NCBI GenBank assembly: GCA_042408875.1
Contig: JBHOQS010000018.1
Coordinates: 13,112 to 77,111, forward strand
Direction: 5' to 3'
From: Chloroflexota bacterium
GTDB lineage: Bacteria; Chloroflexota; UBA11872; JBHOQS01
Length of the DNA: 64,000 nucleotides
In this document: one piece after another, positions 27,088 to 35,621 of the stretch
How the letters are laid out: each line of letters starts with the position of its first letter
Numbering within the stretch: the first letter of the stretch is position 1
Made by a program: the position numbers and the translations under genes
Notes under the pieces: generated by a model
The model's database searches: none
Told to the model about the DNA's origin: nothing
Seen by the model: the letters and a program-made list of their open reading frames with translations, nothing else

Positions 27088-28203
27088 ATGGCACGGTCAG
27101 ATACACACGACACCGCACGTCCCTGGCTGGTCGGGGTGGCCGGAGTAGGTTCGTTCGCTCAGCGGGTGGTCATCAAAGGGCTGCAGGCATGTGGTGAGGC
27201 ACGGGTGGCCGCCCTGTTTGGGCGCACGCGGGAGCGTCTGGCAGCGGTGGCTGCTGAGCACGGGGTGCCGGCATACTATGATGACTATGCAGCCTTCCTG
27301 AGCCATCCCGGGCTGGATGCTGTGGTGGTCTGCACGCCGAACGACACCCACTACCGATTTGCCGTCCAGGCGCTCGATGCTGGCAAACACGTGATCTGCG
27401 AGAAACCGCTGGCGCTGAGCGTGGAGCAGGCAGAGGCGCTTCACCGGCTCGCCAGAGCCCGCGGGCTGCGCACAGCGGTGAATTTCACCTATCGATCAGT
27501 GTCACCGTTGCGAGCCATCGCCCGCGCGCTTGCCGAGCAGGCCATCGGCCGTGTGTACTTCTTTGCGATCGAGCAGCTCCAGAACCTGCGCGCCGATCCC
27601 GCCTCGCCGTTCACCTGGCGGATGGACCGGACGCAGGCCGGTGGCGGTGCCCTCTGGGACCTCGGTGTCCACCTGATTGATCTGGTGCACTGGTGGATCG
27701 GCCCCATCCACGCTGTGGTGGCGCAGACGAGCATTAGCATCTCCCGGCGGCCGGACCCGCGCACAGGCGGGACAGCGGAGGTTACCACGGACGACACGGC
27801 GATGGTGCTGGTACGTGCCGGTGAGGGGGTGCAGGGTGTGCTGCAAGCAAGCCAGATCGCACAGGGGCGCCAGAACTACCTGCGTGTCGCGCTGTATGGC
27901 AGCCGTGGCAGCCTGCTGTACGAGGCCGATCGAGACAAGGAGCCCGAGCTCCGCATCAGCCGCGTTTCGGCCGGCGCAGACGGTCGCGCGGGCCCGTGGA
28001 CTGAGCTGCCCATCCCAGCTGATCTTCTGATCAGCTACGAAGAGTTCCCGGCGTTCCACATGGCGCGGCTGGTCCGGCAGCTTAAGGGGCTGGAGGAATT
28101 CCCTTCGTTTGCCGAGGGTGTGTGCTGCCAGGCCGTGCTCGACGCGGCAGAGCGCTCGGTGCGCTCAGGCCTCTGGGAGGCGGTGCACGTCCCGCCGCTG
28201 TGA
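27088..28203 (+). CDS. Gfo/Idh/MocA-family oxidoreductase
   Basis: It has VGVAGVGSFAQRVVIKGL, the EKPLALSVEQAEAL motif and a C-terminal alpha/beta domain. Confidence 0.8.
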   Translation: MARSDTHDTARPWLVGVAGVGSFAQRVVIKGLQACGEARVAALFGRTRERLAAVAAEHGVPAYYDDYAAFLSHPGLDAVVVCTPNDTHYRFAVQALDAGKHVICEKPLALSVEQAEALHRLARARGLRTAVNFTYRSVSPLRAIARALAEQAIGRVYFFAIEQLQNLRADPASPFTWRMDRTQAGGGALWDLGVHLIDLVHWWIGPIHAVVAQTSISISRRPDPRTGGTAEVTTDDTAMVLVRAGEGVQGVLQASQIAQGRQNYLRVALYGSRGSLLYEADRDKEPELRISRVSAGADGRAGPWTELPIPADLLISYEEFPAFHMARLVRQLKGLEEFPSFAEGVCCQAVLDAAERSVRSGLWEAVHVPPL

Positions 28204-28234
28204 CGTATCCTGAGGGATGGCGGTTCGCGCCAGC

Positions 28235-29635
28235 CTAATGGACGAACACGAGGCGCGCGGCGACCGTGGCGAACGTGGTGATGAGGGGTGCGGGGAACAG
28301 CCCAAGGGCCAGCACGGCTCCGGCAGGCAGCAGCAGAAGCGCCAGGCGCGCACGTCGTCCGGAGAGGGGAGCCGCTGCGGCGCGTGCGCTGGCACTATCC
28401 AGAAATGCTGTGGCGCGCCCGGCCCGCACTGCAGCCGCGGCGGCTAGCATGGCGGCGGCACAGAGGACAGTAGCTACTCCCCAGTGCGACTGAGCGGTGA
28501 TCTGCAACGCGCCGGCCAGTACGACAAATCCGGGGAGTGGCGGCAACCCCGCTACCGCAGCCAGCACGAACACCTCGGCCAGGCTACCCAGACGGCAGGG
28601 GATGCTGGCTGCTGCGGCCTGCCACGCTGCCAGCATCTGCGTGAGCGCCAGCGCAGTCAGAGCGACGGTGATTCCCGCCGGGGTCTGCGCGGCGAGGCCG
28701 CACAGCATGAGCCCGCCGGTATACAGCCAGAGCCCGGCCAGGCGCTGGCGGGACGTGCGCGCAGCATGCAGACTCCATCCGCCCACGAGCGAGGTCAGCG
28801 CGCCGGCAGCGAGGCTGAATCCGGCCGCCTGTGTCCCCGGCGCGAGGTAGGGGGAGCGCTGCCAGAGCTCCAGCAGCAACACCGCCACTGATGGACCAAT
28901 GGTCATGATCATGGCCGCCAGTACAGCTACCGGGAGATGCTCAGCAAGCTCCCACCACCAGAGGCAGAATGGACCGAGCGCGAGCCAGGCAGCGAAGCCA
29001 ACCAGCGTCAACGCGACGATGAAGGGCGGTGACACGAGCGGCTCACCATACGTCGCAAGTCCGCGGGCTAGCGAAGACGCCACGAGCAGGCAGAGCGAGC
29101 CACACACGGCGAAGATGGCATGCTTCATCGTGGCGAGTGCGGCTATGCCCCCGCCCGAGCCTGCCGCCGCACGCACAGGGAACAGGGATGGATCTGCGTC
29201 TGGCGAGGCGGCCGACCCGGCCGCCTCGTTGGCTGGCGCTACCGGTCCGAGCGCCGGCATGGCCGCGAGAATGCCGGCGGCGGCGATGGCCGCGACACGG
29301 ATCTCCCAAGGTACGCTCGCCTCAGGGGCGAGCGCGGCGGCAGTCCCCAGCAGCAGCACTGCAGCATGCTGTGCACGCTCCGTAGAGCACCATGCCGTGA
29401 CGGCAGCGAGGTACGCGGTCGATGCGAGCCCAAGCGCAGCCGAGAGCGCGCTGCCGGTCCCCAGAGCCGGGCGTGAGAGCAGCAGCACTGTTGCCGCGCC
29501 CCCAAGCGCGGCCAGGGGTGTCCACCAGCGGAGCAGGCGCCGAGGCAGTACAAGGGCGCCCAGCAACGCCGCACCCAGCACGAGCGAGCCTGCCGGCAAT
29601 GGCGCGCCGGCGAGCTGTACTAGGAGCGTGGCCAC
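28235..29635 (-). CDS. Polytopic membrane protein, degenerate NuoN/HyfF-like (antiporter-like) candidate
   Basis: The protein is 466 aa, Ala/Leu/Gly-rich, with at least 12 TM segments. GPFCLWWWELAEHLPVAVLAAMIMTIGPSV resembles the PFHxWxPDxYEGAPxPV signature with the polar residues substituted. The GTG start lies 9 nt after the upstream stop, with an AGGGGG SD. Confidence 0.6.
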   Translation of the reverse strand: MATLLVQLAGAPLPAGSLVLGAALLGALVLPRRLLRWWTPLAALGGAATVLLLSRPALGTGSALSAALGLASTAYLAAVTAWCSTERAQHAAVLLLGTAAALAPEASVPWEIRVAAIAAAGILAAMPALGPVAPANEAAGSAASPDADPSLFPVRAAAGSGGGIAALATMKHAIFAVCGSLCLLVASSLARGLATYGEPLVSPPFIVALTLVGFAAWLALGPFCLWWWELAEHLPVAVLAAMIMTIGPSVAVLLLELWQRSPYLAPGTQAAGFSLAAGALTSLVGGWSLHAARTSRQRLAGLWLYTGGLMLCGLAAQTPAGITVALTALALTQMLAAWQAAAASIPCRLGSLAEVFVLAAVAGLPPLPGFVVLAGALQITAQSHWGVATVLCAAAMLAAAAAVRAGRATAFLDSASARAAAAPLSGRRARLALLLLPAGAVLALGLFPAPLITTFATVAARLVFVH

Positions 29636-29644
29636 GGTCGCCCC

Positions 29645-30418
29645 CTACGAGCCTTCTGGCTGGCCCTCGACCGGCGTGGGCGCGCCGGCGCTACGAGCCG
29701 CGCCGGCGCGCCCACGCGCCTGGGCGGGACGCTGCCCTCGAGCAGTCTGGCGCGAGGCTTGTCCGCTGCCGGCTGCGCGCAGGATGCCTCGTTGCACCCA
29801 GCTCAGGCTGCCGGTCGCGCAGAAGTGTCGAGCCATGATCGGTGCGCTCACTCCGGCCACGGCCAGTTGCAGCAGGGCGCCGGCCAGGCCGACCACGCCG
29901 GCAGCCGGCCCGTCCTGCGTCTGCAACAGCGTTGCCCCGTGGCAGAGCAGCAGCAGGCCGACCGTGGCGTGGTGGAGGTCGGAGGCGAGCAGGACGGCGA
30001 AGACGCCAACCAGGCCGAGCCAGATGGCGGCGAACTCGAGCTCCGCGGGCCCACTGACGACGTGCTGCAGCGACATGCCCCAGGCGCCGGCGGCGCTGGC
30101 CAGGACCACGCTCAGCAGAAAGAAATCGTCGAAGAAGGCGTGCCGGCGCACCAGGCTGGTCTCGAAGTACCGGCCCTGCGCGACAGCCTGGGCCCGACCA
30201 TACACCACAAGCCCCTGGAGCGTCAGTCCAAGCATGGCGCTGGCGGTGAGCCCGGCCAGGCTCAGGCCCAGCCCGGCTGGCGCGCCGGCGACCCGCCACA
30301 CCAGCAGGCCGGACAGCAGATACTGGACCGCCAGGCCGGCCAGGCTCGGCCGCCAGTGTCGGGCCAGCACAGCGACCCCGCCAGCGCACACAAGCGCCGT
30401 GTTGACGAACAGTAGCAT
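29645..30418 (-). CDS. Membrane protein, degenerate HyfE/NuoK-like candidate
   Basis: The protein is 257 aa. GLLLLCHGATLL...GVVGLAGALLQLAVAGV resembles the HyfE/NuoK GxxLxENGxxL region. It has a basic low-complexity C-terminal tail. Confidence 0.5.
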   Translation of the reverse strand: MLLFVNTALVCAGGVAVLARHWRPSLAGLAVQYLLSGLLVWRVAGAPAGLGLSLAGLTASAMLGLTLQGLVVYGRAQAVAQGRYFETSLVRRHAFFDDFFLLSVVLASAAGAWGMSLQHVVSGPAELEFAAIWLGLVGVFAVLLASDLHHATVGLLLLCHGATLLQTQDGPAAGVVGLAGALLQLAVAGVSAPIMARHFCATGSLSWVQRGILRAAGSGQASRQTARGQRPAQARGRAGAARSAGAPTPVEGQPEGS

Positions 30419-30496
30419 ACGTTCAGGATTCCTCTAGCCGGGCGCGCGACTAGGCCGAGCTTGTGCCGCCTCCCGGCATTGTCCTCTGGCCCCGCG

Positions 30497-32212
30497 TCAT
30501 TGTGCCAGCAGCACGACTGCGGCAACGCCGGCCAGCATCGCGCCGATGATGTAATACCGGCCATGCAGGGCCTGGAGCAGGGCGTGCCAGCCAAGCACTG
30601 CCTGCTCGAGAAGTCGGGCCAGGTCTGGCAGCGGGAGCCCAGCCGGAGACGCTCCCCCTCGTACCTGAGCCCACCGACTACGCAGGTGAACGGTCGCCAG
30701 CAGCAGCGCGGACGCTCCTGCCATGGCTAGAAGCCCCCACGCGGCCGACCACGCCAGCTCAACCGCGGTAAGACCGGTGAGGTGGACGACCACGTCACCC
30801 GCCGCGGCCGGCAGGATGTCCTGTATGGCCGTACCGCCGGCCAGGAATACGCCGAACGGGCGCACGAAGATGGCGGCGGACAGTGAGACCGCCAGGAGCC
30901 CGGCGCGCGGCTGATGGATCAGCCGCCTGACGTTAAAACGAGCAGTCCTGCGGCTCGCCACGAGTCCGTGGCCGAGCAGCACGGCCGGCACGCCGAACCC
31001 TAAGGCACCGAGCAGGAGCACCAGCGCAGCCAGCCATGGTCCGTCGCCCGCGGCCCAGTACGCTAGGCAGCGGGCGGCAAGCGCCGCGGGAAGGTAGGCT
31101 ACCGGCAGGCCAGGCAGCACGGATGCTCGGTGATCGGCCAGCGTCCGCTCGCCCAGCAGGATCGCTCCGGCGAGCAAGGCTAGCGCAGCGCCGGGCCAGC
31201 CGCGTTCGCCAGCACCGACACCGACCAGTGCTACCCCGAAGAGGTCGCCGGCCATGGCCCGCCACAGCAGCTGACCCCGGACCTCCTCGCCGAGATGCAC
31301 ATACGCGGCGACCAGCCGGAGGGCGGCCCAGGCCGAAATCCCCAAGCCCAGCAGGACGAGAAGAGACGCTGGCTGCTCCGGCCCACCGGCCAGGCCGTCT
31401 ACCCGCCAGAGCAGGATCCACCCTCCGGCGATGGCGGGCACCAATAGAGGTACACAGGCTGTGAGCGGCTGCTCGGTCGCTGCCAGCAGACGCAGCGGGA
31501 GGCTGAGCGCCAGCATCGCTGCTGCCAGCAGATAGACGGCTGTGGTGGCAGGAAGGCCGGCTGGGACAATGGCCACGGCAAGGGACGAGCCATTCATCTG
31601 CGCCAGCCGCACCGTGGCCACGAGCAATGCTGCACCGGCCAGGAGCAGCATGAGCTGGGTGGGCTCTGGCCCCACGACGGACCCTGTGCGCCTCCTGGGC
31701 CTCGTCAGGCCAGCCAGCACACGGGTGTGGAGCCAGACGCTCGAGGCGGCGAAGATTCCTGCCAGCCAGGCGAGCTGGAGCACATCCGGGGCCGCGGCCA
31801 GCAGGACGGCCAGCCCGCCGGCAAGCAAGGGACCGGCGTACACCGAGGCCGGGGCAGCCGGCCTCGGTGTCGTGGCGAGCAGCACTGTCGCCAGGGCCGT
31901 TGCCGCAGCTGCGCCCAACGCCAGCAGCGCGTTCAGCAGTCCGGCCTCGATGCCCGCCGAGACAGGCATGCCGGGCCACGGTGCCCAGTCGAATGTCCAG
32001 CGTGCAACGCCATGCGTGGCTACAAGCCGGACTACCGCACCTGCCAGCACGACCGCAAGCAAGCTCGCTGCGGCTACACCGGCTTCCAGCAGCCTGCGCC
32101 GACGCTGGTCGAGGACAGCGGCGCCTGCCCAGCAGAGCGCTGCCATAGCGAAGAACAGCAGCGCCACTGCCGCTTCAAGCAGGGCTACCATCCGTACCGC
32201 TCCGGTCCCCAC
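30497..32212 (-). CDS. Polytopic membrane protein, degenerate NuoL/HyfD-like (antiporter-like) candidate
   Basis: The protein is 571 aa with at least 14 TM segments. LPLRLLAATEQPLTACVPLLVPAIAGGWILL resembles [20 protein letters not shown]. The start is uncertain (an alternative Met lies at 32191) and overlaps the upstream gene end. Confidence 0.6.
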   Translation of the reverse strand: MGTGAVRMVALLEAAVALLFFAMAALCWAGAAVLDQRRRRLLEAGVAAASLLAVVLAGAVVRLVATHGVARWTFDWAPWPGMPVSAGIEAGLLNALLALGAAAATALATVLLATTPRPAAPASVYAGPLLAGGLAVLLAAAPDVLQLAWLAGIFAASSVWLHTRVLAGLTRPRRRTGSVVGPEPTQLMLLLAGAALLVATVRLAQMNGSSLAVAIVPAGLPATTAVYLLAAAMLALSLPLRLLAATEQPLTACVPLLVPAIAGGWILLWRVDGLAGGPEQPASLLVLLGLGISAWAALRLVAAYVHLGEEVRGQLLWRAMAGDLFGVALVGVGAGERGWPGAALALLAGAILLGERTLADHRASVLPGLPVAYLPAALAARCLAYWAAGDGPWLAALVLLLGALGFGVPAVLLGHGLVASRRTARFNVRRLIHQPRAGLLAVSLSAAIFVRPFGVFLAGGTAIQDILPAAAGDVVVHLTGLTAVELAWSAAWGLLAMAGASALLLATVHLRSRWAQVRGGASPAGLPLPDLARLLEQAVLGWHALLQALHGRYYIIGAMLAGVAAVVLLAQ

Positions 32213-33615
32213 GGCCGGCGCACCAGCTCCTGTTTGGCAAGCACCAGTGTCCGTGAGGGCAGGTCCTCGTACAGGATGACGCCGGGGCCGACGCAGCTAT
32301 ACGGCCCGATCTTGCAGCCGGGCATGATGATGGCGTTCACCCCGGTGCGACAGAATTCGCCGATATAGGTCGCGTTGGCGCCGAAGGGCGGCACCTCCGG
32401 CCGGCCCTTGATACGATGCACCGTCGCCGCGTCGTCGAAACGGAGGGTCCCGCACACCGTGGCAGCGCCGATATCGGTGGCGGTGCCAACCACGCCGGCG
32501 ATCTCGCAGTAGTGATACAGGTACGCCCGGTCCATCAGCACGCCGCTCATCTCAGCGCCGTGGCCGACGATACAGTGATGGCCGATGCTAGTATGGCCGG
32601 CGATCTCGCAGTAGTTGCGGATGATCGTGTGGTCACCGACGGCGACGTTGGGGCCGAGCACGGCGCCGTTGGTGATCGTGCTATGGTCGCCCAGCCAGAC
32701 GGTGCCGTGCACCACGCAACGCGGCCCGATAACGCTCCCCTTGCCGGCGACGACGCGACCGTGGATCTCTGCGCTCTCGGCGATGCGCGCTGTAGGATCG
32801 ATACTATCGCCCTCCAACTTGCGCGCAGCATAATCCAGGAAGCGCCGGTTTGCCTCCAGCAGGTGCCAGGGCTTGTCCAAATCGATGAAGAGCTCGGCCG
32901 CCGGGACGGCCAGCACTTCCAGCGACTCGTCGAGCATGAGCTGCAGCGACGCTGCCAGCTCCGCCTCTAGCGGTGGCATCCCGCCCACGGGGACGCTCTC
33001 CAGCACGCCAGGATTGCGCTCGATATACGACACGGCGCGCCGACTGAAGGCATAGATGCCACACAGGCGGTAGTGGCCGCTGCGCGGGTGGCCAATCACG
33101 CGCACCAGTGCGCCGCCGCTGGCCTCGGCGCAGATCCAGTCGCGCGGCTCCTCTCCGCCGAGCCCGGCGAGCAAGGCCGCGCCAGGAACATCCTCGGCGG
33201 CATACGCCCGCGCCAGCGCCTGGAGGTTCTCCGGCGCGACCACCGTATCGCCGGCTGCGACCAGGAAGTGATCACTCTCCACCAGCGGGAGGGCATGGAG
33301 GAGCGCATCAGCGGTGCCCCGCGGCGCCGGCTGGGTGACGAACGTGACCTCCGGCAGGCCACCCAGTGCCTGGCGAATGCGCCCGCCAGCCGGGCCGACC
33401 ACGACGATGAAGCGGGTGCATCCGGCGTAACGCAGCGCATCGACCAGCCGGCGCACAGCCGGCACGTTGGCGATCGGCAGGCTCGCCTTCGGCCGCGTCT
33501 CGCTGTACGGCCACATGCGGCTGCCGGACCCTGCTGCCAGGATCACCGCCGTCTCCAGCCGGCGGCTGCCCCCGGCGGGTTCCGCCAGCGCTGCTGTGTC
33601 CACTGCCGCTTCCAT
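32185..33615 (-). CDS. GlmU-like bifunctional protein: sugar-1-phosphate nucleotidyltransferase domain plus left-handed beta-helix (hexapeptide) domain
   Basis: It has AVILAAGSGSRMWPYSETRPKASLPI (NTP_transferase) and a long C-terminal run of hexapeptide repeats (IGPRCVVHGTVWLGDHSTITNGAVLGPNVAVGDHTIIRNYCEIAG...). ATG 33613-33615 is preceded by a GGAGGGA SD. Confidence 0.8.
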   Translation of the reverse strand: MEAAVDTAALAEPAGGSRRLETAVILAAGSGSRMWPYSETRPKASLPIANVPAVRRLVDALRYAGCTRFIVVVGPAGGRIRQALGGLPEVTFVTQPAPRGTADALLHALPLVESDHFLVAAGDTVVAPENLQALARAYAAEDVPGAALLAGLGGEEPRDWICAEASGGALVRVIGHPRSGHYRLCGIYAFSRRAVSYIERNPGVLESVPVGGMPPLEAELAASLQLMLDESLEVLAVPAAELFIDLDKPWHLLEANRRFLDYAARKLEGDSIDPTARIAESAEIHGRVVAGKGSVIGPRCVVHGTVWLGDHSTITNGAVLGPNVAVGDHTIIRNYCEIAGHTSIGHHCIVGHGAEMSGVLMDRAYLYHYCEIAGVVGTATDIGAATVCGTLRFDDAATVHRIKGRPEVPPFGANATYIGEFCRTGVNAIIMPGCKIGPYSCVGPGVILYEDLPSRTLVLAKQELVRRPWGPERYGW

Positions 33616-33637
33616 CCCTCCGGGCTCTGATCAGGCG

Positions 33638-33646
33638 GATTATACC
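33638..33646 (-). promoter_or_regulatory. Extended -10 promoter TGgTATAAT for the four-gene operon
   Basis: The minus-strand sequence is catGGTATAATccgcc. The perfect TATAAT (complement of 33638-33643) carries an upstream TG and lies about 23 nt upstream of the ATG. Confidence 0.5.
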
Positions 33647-33812
33647 ATGCCCTTTCGCTTGTCCCGCCTGGGGGTCTATGGTAGATTGACAATAAGCCAT
33701 CCGACAGCATCACCGCGCGGCCACCTGGGGCGTATCCTGCCTGCCTTCTCCGGCGCGATTACCGGTCGGTTCTGTTCTGTGCAACAGTACGCTCACAGGG
33801 CGTAAGTCGGGG

Positions 33813-35282
33813 GTGCGCGTACTGCGCATGAGTGGATACATCCTGCACACGAACGACCAGCACGGGCGCCTCGGCACCTTTCCGCAGATCGCCGCGCTCA
33901 TCCAGCAGTACCGCGCTGCCTACCCGGACACCCTGCTCGTCGATACTGGTGACCTGGGGCTGGCGCGCTACTACTGGCCGCTCATCGTCTCGGTGCTCCA
34001 ACACATCCGCTACGATGCCATCGTGCCGGGGAACCTGGAGACACAGCTCGCGGACTCTGCGTCTGCGGCCGATCGCTTGGTCGAAGTCGGTGCGCCACTG
34101 CTAGCGGCGAACCTCCAGGACTGGTGGGCGCCGTCTCAGCCTGTGCTGGTGGCAGCCTGTGGCGATCTCACTGTGGGCCTGCTGGGGCTGACCACCCCCG
34201 TGCCCTATCCGCCTGGCCATCCCCTCGCGCCGGCCGAGCGCCCACCCGGCACACCGGTGATCACCGATCCGATCGAGGCGGCGCGCACATGGGTGCCGCG
34301 TGTACGGCAGATGGCTGATGCCGTGGTGGTCCTGTCCCATCTGGGGCTGGCCGGTGACCTCCCCCTGGCGCGAGCCGTTCCGGACATTGACCTCATCATC
34401 GGCGGGCACAGCCATCATCGCTTGGCCAGCCCCATCCGCATCGGGCGCACTAGCATCGTGCAGGCCGGGCTGAACAACATGGCTTTAGGCTGCTCGTCCC
34501 TGCGGCGTGAGGACGGCGGCATTGCCGTCGAGTATCGCCTCGTACCGGTAACCCTGGGCACGCCCCGCGATGTTGCTGTGGACGAATTGGTGACGCACTA
34601 CCTCGAGCGATGCTATCCAGAGAAGCTCGAGGTCATCGCGCACACGGAGGGATTCTCCGGCGACCATGCCCTTGAGAACGGCTTCAGCAATCTCGTGACC
34701 GATATCCTTCGCCACGCAGCAGGAGCCGACGTCTTTTTGACCAAAGCCAGCTTCATCGTGCCGCCGATCGAGCCCGGTCCGCTGCGGCTGTGGGATCTGG
34801 AGATGCATGTCTTCCTGGCGACTGCCTCAGTTGTGGTGATGGAGCTAAGCGGACAGGAGCTGCTGGCGGCACTGGAGCATGGCGCCACCGATCCTGTGTT
34901 CACGTTCCTGCCTCCAGAGACCCGCACTGAGGATGCTCGTCTGATCGAAGAGGCAGAGGTGCGACCGGCGACGAACTTCCTGTACCAGTCAGGTATGCGG
35001 CTCGTCATCGACTATACGCGGCCGTGGGGGGAGCGGGTCGTCCTGGCGCGCCTGGGGCGGGGCAGGCTGCGCCCGGAACGTACGTATACTGTCGCCATGG
35101 ACAGCTTCCTGGCGCAGGGATACTCTGGATTTCAATGGTTCGTACAGGGACGGAACCGGCGCGAGGCCGGGAAGGTCATGGACCTGCTGGTCACGGAGCT
35201 CCGCCGGCGCGCCCGGGCCGGCCTGCTGCGCGGCCGGCTCGACGGCCGGCTCCATGTGCGGGGCCTGCGCTTCGCTGCCTGA
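33813..35282 (+). CDS. Bifunctional metallophosphatase / 5'-nucleotidase (UshA-like)
   Basis: The motifs are ILHTNDQHGRL, DTGD, PGNLE and GGHSHH, with a C-terminal 5'-nucleotidase substrate domain. ATG 33828 is an alternative start. Confidence 0.8.
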   Translation: MRVLRMSGYILHTNDQHGRLGTFPQIAALIQQYRAAYPDTLLVDTGDLGLARYYWPLIVSVLQHIRYDAIVPGNLETQLADSASAADRLVEVGAPLLAANLQDWWAPSQPVLVAACGDLTVGLLGLTTPVPYPPGHPLAPAERPPGTPVITDPIEAARTWVPRVRQMADAVVVLSHLGLAGDLPLARAVPDIDLIIGGHSHHRLASPIRIGRTSIVQAGLNNMALGCSSLRREDGGIAVEYRLVPVTLGTPRDVAVDELVTHYLERCYPEKLEVIAHTEGFSGDHALENGFSNLVTDILRHAAGADVFLTKASFIVPPIEPGPLRLWDLEMHVFLATASVVVMELSGQELLAALEHGATDPVFTFLPPETRTEDARLIEEAEVRPATNFLYQSGMRLVIDYTRPWGERVVLARLGRGRLRPERTYTVAMDSFLAQGYSGFQWFVQGRNRREAGKVMDLLVTELRRRARAGLLRGRLDGRLHVRGLRFAA

Positions 35283-35567
35283 GCGAGGCCGGGTGCGGCG
35301 CACACCTCCCGAGAAACCTGCTACACTTGAGCCTGTTGAACGAGCTGGCTGAAGTAGCCTGGAGCAAACAAGACATCGCTGTGCCTGCCTGCCGCCAAGC
35401 ACACCCTGCCGGGGCTCCTGTGCCTGTCCCCTGTTCTGCGTACATCCGCCAGCAGCGCGCCGGTGTATCGGGTTGCGGACCCAGCGTTGCGCTGGCTCCG
35501 CCAGCAGACTGAACAGGAAACCAACAGCGTACCAGAGCTGCCAGAAGATCAGCGCAAACGACTGCTC

Positions 35568-35607
35568 TTAGTTAATTAGTTAAGAGTTAGTTAATTAGCT
35601 TAAGAGG
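35568..35607. repeat. AT-rich direct repeat TTAGTTAATTAG(n)TTAAGAG x2 (19-nt period)
   Basis: TTAGTTAATTAG occurs at 35568-35579 and 35587-35598, each followed by TTAAGAG. The element ends 15 nt before the MATE gene ATG. Confidence 0.9.
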
Positions 35608-35621
35608 AACATGAGGGACAT

